DNA of 40,992 nucleotides from Phoronis australis (taxonomy: Eukaryota > Animalia > Phoronida): NCBI GenBank assembly GCA_002633005.1, contig NMRA01000513.1, positions 271,397-312,388 on the forward strand, written 5' to 3'. Made by a program: the position numbers and the translations under genes. The notes below the pieces were generated by a model. That model was not told where the DNA came from. It did not search any database and saw nothing but the letters and a program-made list of their open reading frames with translations. How positions within the stretch are numbered: the first letter of the stretch is position 1; every line of letters begins with the position of its first letter. Positions 24,368-37,333 of this stretch are shown in pieces.

Positions 24368-25187
24368 GATATCCCGGAGTCAAAAATGTTCCTGCAGCTT
24401 CAAATCATTTAACCAACCTAAAAACTCGAACTTTGACCTTTAAAACAGGAACCCCGGGGATCCGACAGAACACTCGGGGACCGAAACACCACTCTAGCAC
24501 TTTCTGTCAAACATTGTTTGATGAAAAATATGCAACCATCTGCCTACTTTAAATAGTTGTGTATCTAAATAGTTGTGTATCTTAGAATTTAACACAACTT
24601 AAACGGATTTGTATTCTATGTTATTCTGCTGCTGTGGTGCGATCTTTTGCGTCGGCTTTTGGCACCATGGAATTTTGCTTCACCTAGTGGCCATTTTCCA
24701 CAAATCGTAAGTCAACTGTTTTTCTTCCAATAGGTTGCGTACATGTCACAGCAAATTAATCAAAAAGGCACTCATAAGTCGAAATAATATTTTTGTTTTT
24801 TATTTTTAAAATATTTTGGAGAAACTATACTTTAATATAAAATTAATTAATTATTCACCAAGATAACAGCGTGTTGAGAGTATAGATTATGTTGATATCT
24901 TCCCACAGACAAGTTGCACGAAATTTACCGATAAAGTCAATTTGTGCAAGTTCCGTTTTATTACCGACAATTTTTAACAAGTGAGGAAAATAAATGGAAA
25001 GTACTCGAAGACGCTTTAACACAAAGTTTGAGGCTACTGAACACGGTCTGAGAAAATTTGAAAAATTGTCCGGGGTTTAATTCCGGTCCGATCCCAGGGG
25101 TTCCTGTTTTAAAGGTCAACGTTCGTGTTCTTCGAGCTGGTTAGGGGTTTTGACCATGCGGGAGTCTGTTTCCGACTCCGGGATATC
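24368..25187. mobile_element. Non-autonomous DNA transposon with diverged ~100-bp inverted repeats
   Basis: gatatcccggagtc...ttgacctttaaaacaggaacccc (24368-24460) is the reverse complement of ggggttcctgttttaaaggtcaa...gactccgggatatc (25097-25187). The true termini are uncertain. Confidence 0.6.
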
Positions 25188-26174
25188 AGTTCAGTGTTCA
25201 CGACGGGCTTCACCGTCTTTTGTCGTTCAGATCGAGAACCGTCAGGGAGGGGTCGAAATGTGACATCCCCCATCCATAGATATTTATCCTGCTTATCCCA
25301 CTTCCTTGAATCGGCATTTCAGCTCACTGCACAGAAGTAATACTCCCTCGCATGACTTAAATATGATAGAAAATATAAATTATTCAGACGACAGATGTTA
25401 ACACATGAATGTCCAAAGCGAGGCTGCTGACCTGTTTGACGTATCTGCCATACCTCACGGTCTGGGAGAGCGATCAATGCAGAAGGCGGGAATAGGACCG
25501 TCCCGGATTACACGGCGTTAGAACTCTCTTTTGTTTTCGAAGATACGAAATCGCGTGACCTCATTTTGGAAATTAGGCACATTTTCGTGTCCCTCACTAG
25601 TGTCGGGAAGGCAAAGAATTTCACATCACGCATCCACGGGTATTTGTTCAGTATCAAACTTTTCCATGTCGGATTTGCAGCCCACAGCACTTGACAGCAG
25701 TAATACTTTACCATTGGAAGGACGAATAGAGTAATGCAACCGAGAAAATTTGTGAAGAATCAGACCAACAATTAAATTCTGTGAATCCAACTTCACAAAA
25801 ACGAGGCAGCAAATGTGCCTGGCGGATGTTTACGGCATTGTGGGAAAATACATCCATCTTTTATTACATGATACAACAGTTGTTTTACCCAATTTCACTG
25901 ATCTCAGTTTGGAAATCGACTAATTCTTAATATATGAACTCACCAATTGAATGTCTTTCTGAAACGAGGTATTGTTTTCAGTCCAAAAGGGAAATTCGTA
26001 CACCAGATTAGCTGGTCAAAAACACATTTCCGATGTGATATAATTTTAACAAGATCTGTAGTGTGCTTCTGGTCAATTTTCTGTCTAAAATCATCTGAGG
26101 AAGACAGTCGCAACATTCACTGGTGCACGTTGATGATCAAGAATCGTGATGTTACACGTCTTTTGTTTTACAAT

Positions 26175-26428
26175 ACCCAGCCTTGAAAATGGAGGTGCTC
26201 GAATTTCTGTTGTTGTGGACCTTTTTCTGACAAAAAGTTGGGAGGACTAAAAAAATAAAAAAACGGGTGCCACCCTTCAGAACTGTTACCTGTGCGTCTG
26301 CGTCTTTTTAGTGGACTTTTGTCTCGTTTTCTCGGACTTTTTTGTTTCTCCGAGGCGGACCTTTTTGCCCACTTCGTCAAATGGGGGGCTCGTTCGAGCC
26401 CCCCGACCCTCCCCCCGTGGGTGCTCAT
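26175..26428. mobile_element. MITE (copy 1 of a family also present at 29314-29952)
   Basis: gtggacttttgtctcgttttctcggacttttt...ttttgcccactt matches the reverse complement of 29745-29945. Ends ...gggtgctcatg. Confidence 0.7.
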
Positions 26429-27400
26429 GGAATAAGAAATGTAACGGGTTCAAGCATGTGGAACCCAAATAGCCAGCTACCTATTGCATAGTTGACTGCG
26501 GGAGCTGTAAACTAGGAATTACTCTTCACAGCAATGCTCGTTCAGTCCACTAAAATTCAATAAACGACCTTTCGGGCATTGGAATGTCATCCTGCATAAA
26601 TTTTGATAAGTGAATTATAGCATTTTACTCCGTGATTAAGATGAAGCACAGTGCTACTAATAGCTAGACAGGTCTTACACTGTCGGTCCAGCGCTTCTGG
26701 CTATATACAAGCATTTTTGCCATAGGACTGGACCTATAGCGACACAGGAAGTGAGATTCGTCTTCATGTGAACGGTTATAAAATTTTCAATCCCTGAAAC
26801 TCGAGCATGAGAAACTTTTATATGATTAGCACCGTTCCATGTATGTTTACATACCTATCTATGATCATAAATAAGAGTTTTAAATACAGTGCGAATATAC
26901 ATTGATATGAAATGAGAATGTATGTATGAATGTACGTATGCATGTGCGTCGTATGTATCAATGAACATATGTGTATATGTATGGTATATGCGTGTATGTG
27001 TGCATGTGTGTATGTAACCTGTTTATGCTGCCTCAAATACAGATTTTTACGAGTGTTTACGGATCGCGAAATCGTAAGCAATGGCAAGCATCTGTAAAAA
27101 CTCGTCACAAAACGCAACAGCTCGCACACACTCGCACTGAGTCGTAAAAGGATGAGAAAAGCTTCTGACATGTCAAGAGTCCTCTAGCGATCGTTCAAGG
27201 ATGGGATTGTCCGTAAATAACACGATATGGATTGCAAACCGCTCTCAACAACACGTAACCATTAGAAAACTGTTCGTAACAATTCGCAAATAGCTCGCAG
27301 CAATTGTATTTTATGATATCTATATGTACTTGCACACTCGCGCCATTTTTTAAAGACCTGAATCGAAAACGAGGCTCGACGTCCCAGCTCGTCTGCGAGC

Positions 27401-28464
27401 GTGGTGTTTTGCTGTATGTTACTGTGTGACAACTCGACCAAAAGGAAGGAAAGGAAGGGCCCTGTTTCTTTTTATACGCTTCCCAGCGATGCTGAACTGA
27501 GTAAGGAATGGATTTGTGCTATTAGAAGACATCCTGGACGCAAATTTAATGTAAGAACTTGTAATTAAAGTATCGCACACTCTGGCTAATTTATGTCTGA
27601 AGTCGACTCCATTTGTCGGCGACCTGGCTCAGTTGCTTTGGCGAACACAACGTAAAAATGAATTGCAACTAGCAGCCCAGACAATTATACATTTCATCTC
27701 TTTGTCTTAGTGTTTCCTATTATGGCCATTTCCGATCCCAAATCGCATTTTATTCCGACATTTTTACGACTACATTTGCCAATCACAACGACGTGTTGCT
27801 CGCACGTCTTACAGTTACGGTTCTCATTTGCACCGTATGTGTGTGCGTTTGTGGTCGCTCGCCAACGAAGTCACCACCGGTGAAGGCTAGCAGGATTCGT
27901 CACTGAAATATCAGTCAGTCGTCCAATCTGGCGAACCCTTCCCTGAATTGTGTAGTTAAAATGCCATGTGGCCGTCGTAATCAGGTGACAACTGTACATT
28001 TTTATATGTCAATTAATTGTATGTCAGTGACTCGGTGAGCTGTATAGTGCAGGGGGTTAGGCGTAAATGTTAAATCAAAATCCAAAACGGCCAGAAAAAA
28101 TTCTTATGCGCGCCTAGCAACCAGGCTACTCGACATTAGTGTGCTACATTGTTTAGTAAATGTGCTAAAACGTTAACAATCTGAATAAATCGTAATCACT
28201 GTCGTCGAAAATGGGAAGGGTTCCGCATGGGGACCTAGTCGTATAACTATTTTGCAGCAAATATTATCATTGGATTTCACTGTCATCTGTCGGTGTATAA
28301 TATTATATTTTATTTAACCTTGTGTTCTGTTTATTTTTCAGTTGAATAAAAGAACTTCTTTGTGTTCCGTCCATTTCGTGAAAGAAGACTAAGTGTTTAA
28401 GGGCTACACAAGTGTCAGACGTTCATGTACTAAACCATCCGCTGTGCCAAGTTTGTTCCCTGGA
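27401..28464 (+). pseudogene. Spliced THAP zinc-finger coding relic (exons 27401-27550 and 28342-28464), transposon-derived
   Basis: VVFCCMLLCDN...SFYTLPSDAELSKEWICAIRR|LNKRTSLCSVHF..ED*...KPSAVPSLF contains the full C2CH, P, W, F and AVP box. Phase-0 GT-AG intron 27551-28341. The start is GTG and there is one TAA. Confidence 0.8.
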
Positions 28465-29313
28465 AGGTGCACAAAACTCGTAAACCTCCATGAAATACAC
28501 GTAAGCGGAGGCTATATCCCCCCACCCCCTATGGTACGTCGCCCACGGACCCACGCCCCAGATGTTGTACCTCTATGCTTGAGAGTGAGTTGTGAGCACG
28601 CAATCAGAGTAGTGAACTGTCAGACTTCTGGTTTTGGAATTGGGGAAATTCGAAATCGTGAATTTTCGCTGGTAGCGAACTTTCGGAGTCGTAGTAAGCC
28701 TTCGGAGCAGTGAACCTTCTGCACACATGTAAATGTAGTAACATGTAACCTTGGAAATCTCTCCATCAAGTTTGTTGCTCGCATGAAGTCTGCGGAACTA
28801 TGCACCATAGACACTGATTGACAAGAGAAGAATGACTTTCTTCATCTATCAAATTTGAAGTCTAGGCCTTCTTTTCCCTAATGAAGTGAAAATGCTTGAC
28901 GGAGTTTTGTCAGTGCAAAAAACACACTATGGTAGTTGAATGTCTGGTTTTTGAGCACTGCGGAAGGCTGCTTATAGTAAATTTACAGTCTGCGTGTACT
29001 GAATTTGAAAGAACGGGAACGCACACACGTGTACACGCATCCATGTCACAATCCACAATCAAAGTGGACACTGGATGACAACATATTTGCATATTTGAGG
29101 ATCACTTTCAATTCCAAATTTGAAAATGCCTACACTTTACCGTACTCAGCTACCAATTGAACCAAAATAGCAGACTAACAAATCTCAAATTACGGCTGTT
29201 TTATTCCTTGGCCGATTTTAAGGCATTCACATCGCACTACATTTTGGAAGGTCTCTCGTTGCTATGTAACTTTCATGTACTTAGGTCATAGGGCTGGACA
29301 TCTATGCCTACAG

Positions 29314-29952
29314 TATGCGCGCACCCAGGGAGGGGCTCGGGGTAGGCAACACGTAGCCTTTCGGTTGGCAAAGGCTAACACGAGACTGAGCGAACCGCGT
29401 GACGCTGTCGCAACACTTGCAAAATAATATGGGAAGATATCAGGTCAAATTTGTAAGATTTGTGTCCCCTGGACTTTTTATTCGCCAACATGCGTGATTT
29501 CACGTAACTTCCTACAAATGCCACCCGGTAAGAGAAATTCGAGCAAACCGCGACAGATTTTCATCGATTTGTTCAAACTATCTTGACTTAATCGTCTCCA
29601 GACTTATGGCATGTGTTAATTATAACTCCATGTGCATATATGCATGTTTCGTTTGACTTTATTTCCTGTAACTTTTCGTAACATTTGTGGAGATGTGCCC
29701 CTTTATGCCTGCGGCATCCAGGGCGATGTGATTGCTTACGCTCGGGAGAGCCCCCATCAGAAGAAGTGGGCAAAAATGTCCGCCTCAGAGAAACAAAAAG
29801 TCTGAGAAAACGAGACAAAAGTCCACAGGAATTCGGCGCAAACGCATAATTCATAGGTCTGAAAGTAGTGCCCCGTTTTTTTTTTCGGTAAAAAGTCCAC
29901 ATACTGAGAAATTTGAGCCCCCCCCCCTATATTTTAGGCTGGGTGCGCGCAT
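29314..29952. mobile_element. MITE copy 2 interrupted by a nested element
   Basis: TIRs atgcgcgcacccag and ctgggtgcgcgcat. Homology to copy 1 is interrupted between about 29342 and 29739. Confidence 0.7.
29342..29739. mobile_element. About 400-bp nested non-autonomous TIR element
   Basis: Ends gtaggcaacacgtagcc and ggcgatgtgattgcttac are imperfect inverted repeats. GCTCGGG lies on both flanks. Confidence 0.55.
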
Positions 29953-30348
29953 GTACAGGTATAGACATTCACTTTTGGATTCACTTGTTTCCCTTTGTTG
30001 TTTCCACCGCGCACGTTCAATGCTGACCAAGCCTCTTTTTATCGTCTGCATGATCCCCTGTTACCTAAACAAACACCACTCGGGCGAAGTTGGCCGGTAC
30101 GGCCCGATGCCAATCAGAAGCAATTCCAAATTATTAATAACTTAGTTATCATTGTAGTTAGTAGTACCAGTAGCTGCTACATTTTTGTTGTTGTTCATCT
30201 AGTATATCCTTATATAAAATATCTCTAACGCACATGCTGAGACTGAACCTTTTCCGCGGAGGTTCGATCGAACCTCCCAAACACCCCTCCCCCCGGGCTA
30301 CGGGCCTGATGAAGGTGTTTCTGTGGAGAGGTATGCCAAGAATTCGTA

Positions 30349-30569
30349 GTGGATGTCCACCCAGTACGATTCATCATAAATCCCACAGCTCCCTAGCCCT
30401 AAAAGGCGCGTCTTTGATCCTGACAAAACACCATCTTGGGGTCTGCTGGAAGTAAAGTGCAGCACGAAAAATAGTTTGGATGAATTGGCTTATCTGCTCC
30501 AGAATGATGATGGATACAGTTTAAAAGAAACCCACATGGACTATGATCAAGTGATGGTCCATCTGGGCA
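30349..30569 (+). pseudogene. YqaJ/lambda-exonuclease-like fragment of an ISL2EU transposon
   Basis: FIINPTAP...RVFDPDKTPSWGLLEVKC...SLKETHMDYDQVMVHLG matches YqaJ motifs (EVKC; H.YY.QV..Q). Frameshifted. Confidence 0.75.
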
Positions 30570-30649
30570 CTGAAGACGGAGTCAAATCTCACACACACGT
30601 CTGTACTACAGTAGCAAGCTGAAGGACCTACTTAGTGTACTGCTTCAGC

Positions 30650-31700
30650 AATTCTTGAAAATCTGTTAGCAAACAGCAAACACCACATCTGATTCACTGA
30701 ACCAGTCAAGGACAGTGGTACTACCGAACTGAAAATATTAAACATTTGACTCGGTTAATTGCCCGTTCAACATCATTGCACACGGAGTCTGGCAATCTGA
30801 TTTCCTGGGTTTCAGTGACTTCGTGTTTCTCAAACTCATCGACTTGCAATAACAAAGAGGGGAATGACCCCCTCTCAGCCAGTAAGTCATCAATGGCAAA
30901 CCCTTTGTCGACCATAACCTCATCCCCTGCCTCAACGGGTCCAGAATGCCAGAGACCTGACAAATGGCCTTATCTCAGACGGACTAGCCAGTGAACAGCT
31001 TTGACACAAATTTTCCCGGGGCCAGACGGGGCCACAGCAACTAAACATTTTCAGTGGTGTATTTCTGCCTTTGTAGTGCGAATAAAATTCAGAATTTAGC
31101 ACCATACTTGACGGTTTTTGGACCCACATTTCTGTACAGTCCAAGATCACTCGCAGTTTGGATACTTATCCAAGAACGCAGCAGGCATGTATTTCTTAAC
31201 CTTTTTCCTACTTGGCCAAATAGAAACCGAGCCAAAAACACTGTAAAGGTAATTCACCCAAGTAAGAACAATTCTGCATAATAGCTGATTCGTGAACGTT
31301 GTATATGTCTGCTAGTTCTCGCTCTTTAGTACCAACTCTCGGGCGAAGCACAGTGTAATGTTAATGAAGTCTGCATGGTCAACCAGTGTAATCTTTGAAA
31401 ACGACAACATGACAAACGAGTGGTTTTACACTCTCCGTCTCTGGGATTACGTAATCATGCTCTCAGCTGTAGGTACAATGCACTGGAAGAAGACCACGAG
31501 GAGGGCTTATGTACGAAATCCTGCGTAGTGTAGCACTAAAGAATTGTCATCTTTGGCGATAGTTGAGTATAAATGTAAATGTGCATTTTCCCGCAGCTTG
31601 CCATTGCCTATTTGCAGACTACATGTATGTCTCTGTTATCGCAGCTGCCAGTCTCTTGTCAGCCGTGTCACCGGGGGTACGCAATAGTCGTGGTCGCAAC
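30650..31700 (-). mobile_element. Degenerate ISL2EU (IS5/Harbinger-related DDE_Tnp_4) transposase
   Basis: ILDCTEMWVQKPSS...YSHYKGRNT, GDEVMVDKGF and VERAINRVK give the D-D-E triad. An upstream HTH-like segment reads ELADIYNVHES...WVNYLY. It is convergent with YqaJ, as in ISL2EU, and is cut off at the N at 31719. Confidence 0.85.
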
Positions 31701-32238
31701 CACGGGGGGGGGGGGGGGNAAAAATGATTCCTATAGGGATATTAGTGTTGAATAACGCTTCAGTTCAGTTACGCATTGACTGTGTCGTTATTAATCAGCA
31801 TTTGATGAGTACCCCACATAAAGCATTAGTGACAGTCAGTAACTGACAATAGGCGAAAATGGGTTCAGACAAATACACTAAGATTGTAATAGAGAACACA
31901 ATTAGTAGCTCAGAGGATGTGCTACTGTCCAGCCTATCATTACAAAGACACTGGTCATATAAATTAGAAGATAGTTCATCCCGGAGCTATGGCTGGCAAC
32001 ACTTTTTTTAAGTCGTAATGGTAAGAATATGAAAAATTGACACTAATGCACTGATTAAGAACAACCGTTACAGCCCCCCAACCCCACTAATAGAATCCTT
32101 TATACGATGATATAATTGCCAATGTGCTATGAGTTCAAAAATCAACAATAAATGTTTATAAGTTAAAATAACCAAATATCCAACTCAAATAAGCACAAAT
32201 TGCTTGTTCATCGATCGTCCAGCTGACTTGAGTCGAGA

Positions 32239-32306
32239 CCAGACACACACACAACCACACGGGCGCACACACACGCACACACACGCACACACGCGCACAC
32301 ACACAC
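32239..32306. repeat. Imperfect (CA)n microsatellite
   Basis: cacacacacaaccacacgggcgcacacacacgcacac... It may lie within a Helentron-like element. Confidence 0.85.
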
Positions 32307-33039
32307 AGGGTGAATGTTACGGTCAGTTTATAAAAAATTGTAAACTAGTAAATTCACTAAAAAGTTTCAATTCCAGTTGTATAAATGTTATACGCCGTGG
32401 GCCCAGTTGCATAAATGTAATACGCCGTATAGAAACAATGACCTCGCATTATAAGGCGTCAAGTTGTTATTGTTGAACAATGCACCTGACGTCATACAAC
32501 AATCAAATTTATCCAGCGGATAACTTGAAGCTTTATGCAACTCAGCAATATTCGTGTTGACATAAAATTCTGTTATTTCACTTCGTAAAAGTCTTCAGAT
32601 TTCGATAAACCCACGCCAAGTGTTAAGTAATCACTAACACCAGTCACCAGTGCCTAGGCAATCCAACAACAACATGCAACTTGCCTTCAACATCCTTCAC
32701 ATAAGCGCCCCAGAAAAACTTGTACAGTGTAGCCTTTCTGCGGGGAATGTTTTGAGCTTCGCAATCTTTTCCACGTCAGAAAGGGGTTGAACGTGTTAGT
32801 ATTGCCAGGTTTTTACAGCACAATGTGCTCGCAGGCCTACTGCATTCGGCCATGACGACACAAGTGGGACGTCCAGACTCGGTTTGGCGAGCTTGCGACG
32901 CTAGCGACACACTTCCGTGCAAGTAGTCAATAGGATAAATACACAGTGTATATATAAAAAGTTCGTTGAAAATACAACTAAACTTTTTGTTTGATATTTT
33001 GATACAGAGTCGTTCGTAATGTTGATGTGCAGCGTGATA

Positions 33040-33410
33040 TTCCATATATCTTTTTAGCAGCTATGGCTAAATTACGTTGCTCCAACCACAACTTGATGAT
33101 AGAGAAAGGTAGACATGCTCTCGTGGACCAAAAATACCGTGTGTGTTGTTTCTGTGTGTCCCTAATCGAAGATGAATACCATTTTATATGTGTTTGTAAA
33201 ATGTACTGCTCTCTGAGAACTGCATTTATACCTGAGTGGTGCTGGCGTGAACCAAATAAATATAAATTTGTAAAACTATTGCTCAGATTAATCTAATGAA
33301 ATTTGTATTTCACGCCACTGCTCTCAGGGAAAAGCTGCTCAGCGTTATCCTGTAAATTTTATGTAACATGTGGGCCAAGGCCTTAAATGTTGAAATACAT
33401 GAATTTGAAT
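33040..33410 (+). mobile_element. 5'-truncated non-LTR retrotransposon 3' end (RTE-X-like)
   Basis: KLRCSNHNLMIEKGRH...RVCCFC..IEDEYHFICVCKMY..LR is a C-terminal CCHC finger typical of RTE-X-type ORF2. A short 3' UTR ends aaatacatgaatttgaat. Confidence 0.75.
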
Positions 33411-33679
33411 GTTCAGCTATGTAACTGAGAGATATAACAAACGAACACACGAATATAGACCGAAGCTCGTCCACTTTGAACTCAGTCGTTCAACCCAAGC
33501 TTGAGGAGCAACGTACCGATTCGCTAGTATTGCCAACTCGCGTACGCCAAGTAATCTCAAGCAACATTGTTTTGACTCTGCGACCGACTCTTTGAAACAA
33601 AAATTTAGTCGCGTGTATTGACATGTATTTGTGTATGTATCTGTATTTTGGTAGAAGACGTTCTTTCACACACGTTTCA

Positions 33680-33724
33680 TGCATGTATGTGTGTCTGTGT
33701 GTGTGTGTGTGCGTGTGCATGTAT
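33680..33724. repeat. Imperfect (TG)n microsatellite
   Basis: tgtatgtgtgtctgtgtgtgtgtgtgtgcgtgtgcatgt. Confidence 0.75.
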
Positions 33725-34545
33725 ATGAATATATGGGTTATCCACCTACAGTACATAGGAATATTACTGTCATATCCTATCGAGAATTTTTTTCATCCGG
33801 GAATGTCCCAACGAGGCCGAAGGTGGACTTACTTTTCTGCAATATCTTCAATGTTAACTAATTTACGTCCTGTATCTCATAGCCATTCATGGAATGTTGC
33901 CTCACCATTCTTGTTTTTTTATCATTCCTTTTATAAACGACAAAATCCATAACAGTAAATTCTGAAAACTTATTGCATTATGGTTGGCCCCCAAACCCCG
34001 TGGGGTGTCCCATCTTCCACGTTCTACCCAGTTGCTCATTGAGAGTCTTCGAGCCTGTCCTCGGGCATTGCTTCTTTTGTTTTGATAAACAACGAATTTG
34101 TTGGTTTTTTACTTACACGGTAATGCTTCTACAAACTCGACTGTTTTTTGACAGTTCTTGTAAAATATGACGATGCTGCAGTGAACTTAGCAGCAGGCTA
34201 ATATTGGAAAAAAATCGATTTATCATCCGATCTCCAAATACAAAAGAGAACTGTGATGGGACGTTCGTAACTTTGCGCTTATTGTTATTCTTATTTAGTT
34301 GCAAATGTTCAGTTATTCTTATGCTAATGTCTTTGTTGCGTCTCAGTGCGCCTTTGTTACGTGGGCATGTGGGCGCGACTGTATGTGTCGGGCACTTCGC
34401 TAGCGACAGGCTTAGGAGAAGGGTGTTTCCTTCTTTTGCTTTCATGGAAAGTTGATCGTTATCATGTGCAAATTGAACTGAAACGAATGCCTGATGAGAG
34501 AAAATACATATTTTGAGGTTCAGTGGAGACTTGCTCTGTTACATT

Positions 34546-34558
34546 TGGCGCCCAACGT
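34546..34558 (+). promoter_or_regulatory. Primer-binding site complementary to tRNA-Lys(CUU)
   Basis: TGGCGCCCAACGT, 2 nt after the LTR-terminal CA, equals the first 13 nt of the known Lys1,2 PBS TGGCGCCCAACGTGGGGC. Confidence 0.85.
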
Positions 34559-35387
34559 AAATGGAACAAACCAGAACTTTTCTCTGACGACGTCTGTAAA
34601 ATTATGACCGTCCTACGGCCTTGCATGGAAAGTTGAACTGCTTGCTGACTTTACAAGATTTATGTCGCGACTCGGGTAAGGATTTTCTGGAAAGGACAAT
34701 GTCTTAATTTGCTACTGTGGTCACAAGTTCGTGGTGGTGTCTGGAACGGATCCTCGTGCTCGCCAAGAACGGAACTTTCTGGACTATGTGTCTGACGACG
34801 CCCTATCCTGCAGGAAACTGGACTCAGTTGCATTTTGTGTCATTGAAAATGTTTTGTGTTACTGTTGTTTGACATAAGTTCACTTGATGTGCCGGGTATT
34901 GAGAGTTCTTTAATTTCTTAAGCTAGTGTATGTTCATGCTGTAGGTCAAGTTATCTCACATTATTGGGGTGATTCTAAGTTTGTTCATGTTCCGTATATT
35001 TCATCCTTTGTCATGGATTCGCTGTTTGACAAATGTGTGATTGTTGGTGACGTACCAGAGTGTGAGGATGGTGAGTTGTTGAATTTTCTGCTCGCTGAAA
35101 TTCGCAATGGCGTTAAGCATGCTTGGCGAGTTAACTTGTCCTTTTATATAGTCTTTGATTCTGAAAAANTACAAAAAATGAAGTTGTTTTAAATTTTGAC
35201 GTATAGACTGATTTTTGAAAATCTACTGGTTTTTATATGGACTGTTTCTTAACAAGTGTTTTAATTTTGTACGTAAGAACCATTTCAAGGATTTCAAATT
35301 GAAAATTTCAAAAGCCTCTTTTACTGATGAGTTATTTCTACGTGAATGAGCCGATAAAAAAATGAAAATGTGTCATCGTTGTTTTAA

Positions 35388-36655
35388 TTGATAGGGGAGC
35401 TGTCTCCTGTTCAAAAGAAAATTGTGTCATCTGTTGTTGGGTTCGGCGATCCTAGCAGTGTTAAGAGTAAACATGCGTTTTCAAATGTGAACTCGTGGGG
35501 TAATGTTTTTCATAGTGACCTTGTTCGCTTACCCGCATTTTCAGGTAGTGAGAGCTCGGGTATTTCCTTTCAACAGTGGTTAGGTGAAGTTCAGGGTATG
35601 CAGGTTACGTTGCAAAACGATGGTTTTCTGAAACAAGCGATCAGACGCTCGTTGAGGGGCAGTGCGGCTCATTTGCTTGAATGTGATTTGTCTGTAAACG
35701 AATTGCTTAGTAAGTTAAAGTCTAGATACGGTGATGTGTTAGCTGTTGGAAAATTGTTGAAAAATTCTACAGACAGGATAAAAATGAAAGCGTTACCCAA
35801 TGGGCTGGGCGCTTAGAGAAATTAGTAGTTCAAATGAAAATGTCTGAATCATGCCCCATTCCGAATAAGGCACTGCCATCTGTGCTAAAATCACATTTTG
35901 TGTCTGGTTTGCTGTCAAATGACGTCAGACTTGGTCTAAAGCATTTTGTGGAACACAATAGTGAAGAATCATTTGACGAGCTACTGATTTGTGCCCGTCG
36001 TTTAGACACTGAGTTCATCAGAAAACCGCAGTCACATCACTCTCTTGATAGTGTCACTGTTGGAGTACCCGATACCGATGAGTCAATTGATGTTTTGTTT
36101 TTATACAAGGGTTACGTTAGTGTCACTGTTGGAGTACCCGATACCGATGAGTCAATTGATGTTTTGTTTTTGGTTGTTCTAAACACTTATAATTTCCATG
36201 TTCCTGTTATGGTAGGTACTAATGCTTTGCGTGTTTTGATCGATCTCGTTGATAATGACAATCGCTCGGACTGGTTGCTGTTGTTGAAAAATGTCATGTT
36301 TAATCGTGAAACCTCTCTTCCAGGCGTAGTTATGACTGACAAACCTGTTACCATTCCGTCTGGGATGTCCCAAATAATCGATGCTTGTATTTGTGTTAAC
36401 CCATGTACATCTTGTAGTTTACAGGTTGTCACCGAAGAGTATGGTTCACTGTCACTTCCTAGTAACTTGCAGGTGTGGCCCGCATTGCATGAGATTAACC
36501 CTGGGGATCATATGATTCCTGTTAGAGTCACGAATGCGGGTTGTAGGTCTGTTACTGTTCCTGCTGGTTCAAGCATCTGCAGCTTGGCACCGGTGGATCA
36601 GACGGCAGCTGAAATTCCGTGTTCTGATTCAGCTGAGAATTCAAACCAGAATTAA
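35388..36655 (+). pseudogene. gag: Gypsy gag (PNMA-like capsid) plus protease remnant, frameshifted and internally deleted
   Basis: RLPAFSG...SFQQWLGEV...KQAIRRSLRGSAA...LKSRYG is a PNMA/Gypsy gag motif set. FLVV...PVMVGTNAL is a protease C-terminus; the D[ST]G active site is missing. Confidence 0.8.
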
Positions 36656-36854
36656 GTATTGAGCAGCGCGCCCGAGCCTCAAGTTTACTCAATGAATATC
36701 AAGATATTTTTGCGCAGAATGATTTGGATCTTGGTCATGTTACTCAGGTTCAACAAGATCAGACGGCAGCTGAAATTCCGTGTTCTGATTCAGCTGAGAA
36801 TTCTGAGGAGTTCATAATAAACCCAGAATTAATATAAGTATTAAGCAGCGAACT

Positions 36855-37333
36855 GTGTATTTGGGTCACGTGATTTCTCAACAAGGGGTCGAATGTGATC
36901 CCGATAAGATAGCGGTTGTGTTGGATTGGCCTGTTCCAAAGTGTGTGAAAGTCTTGCAAAGTTTTTTAGGTTTCGTGGGGTTTTACCTTCTCTTTATTCA
37001 AGACTTTGCATCAATTGCTCAGCCTCTTCATGCACTTACAAAGGGAGTAATGGGTCGTAAACGTAATTCTTCTGATACCTCAAATGGACTTTTTGTTTGG
37101 GGATAAAGAACAGTATGCTTTTCAAGAACTTAAACGCAGGTGCACGAGTAGCCCTGTACTGGCATTTGCTGATTTTACGCTGCCATTTTCTGTGCACATT
37201 GACGCCAGCATGACGTCGTTAGGTGCGGTATTACACTGTATATCAGGAGTCAGGGGGATTGAATAGACCCATTGCCTTTGGGAGTCGTTGTTTGAGTGAA
37301 GCCGAGAAACGCTATCCTGTACATAAACTTGAG
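36855..37333 (+). pseudogene. pol: Gypsy pol fragment (RT C-terminus and RNase H N-terminus)
   Basis: YLGHVIS..GVECDPDKI...WPVP...LQSFLGFVGFY; AFQELK...SPVLAFADFTLPF.VHIDAS..LGAVL; RPIAFGSRCLSEAEKRYPVHKLE. Frameshifted. Confidence 0.9.

Noticed and set aside
26818-27171. His/Thr/Ile-rich ORFs (also 32204-32476 and 33490-33952)
   Set aside because: They are translations of TG/CA/TATG low-complexity tracts.
24550-32428. Short local tandem duplications (16 bp at about 24550-24581; 30-bp period at about 32373-32428)
   Set aside because: These are ordinary two-copy slippage events with no further structure.
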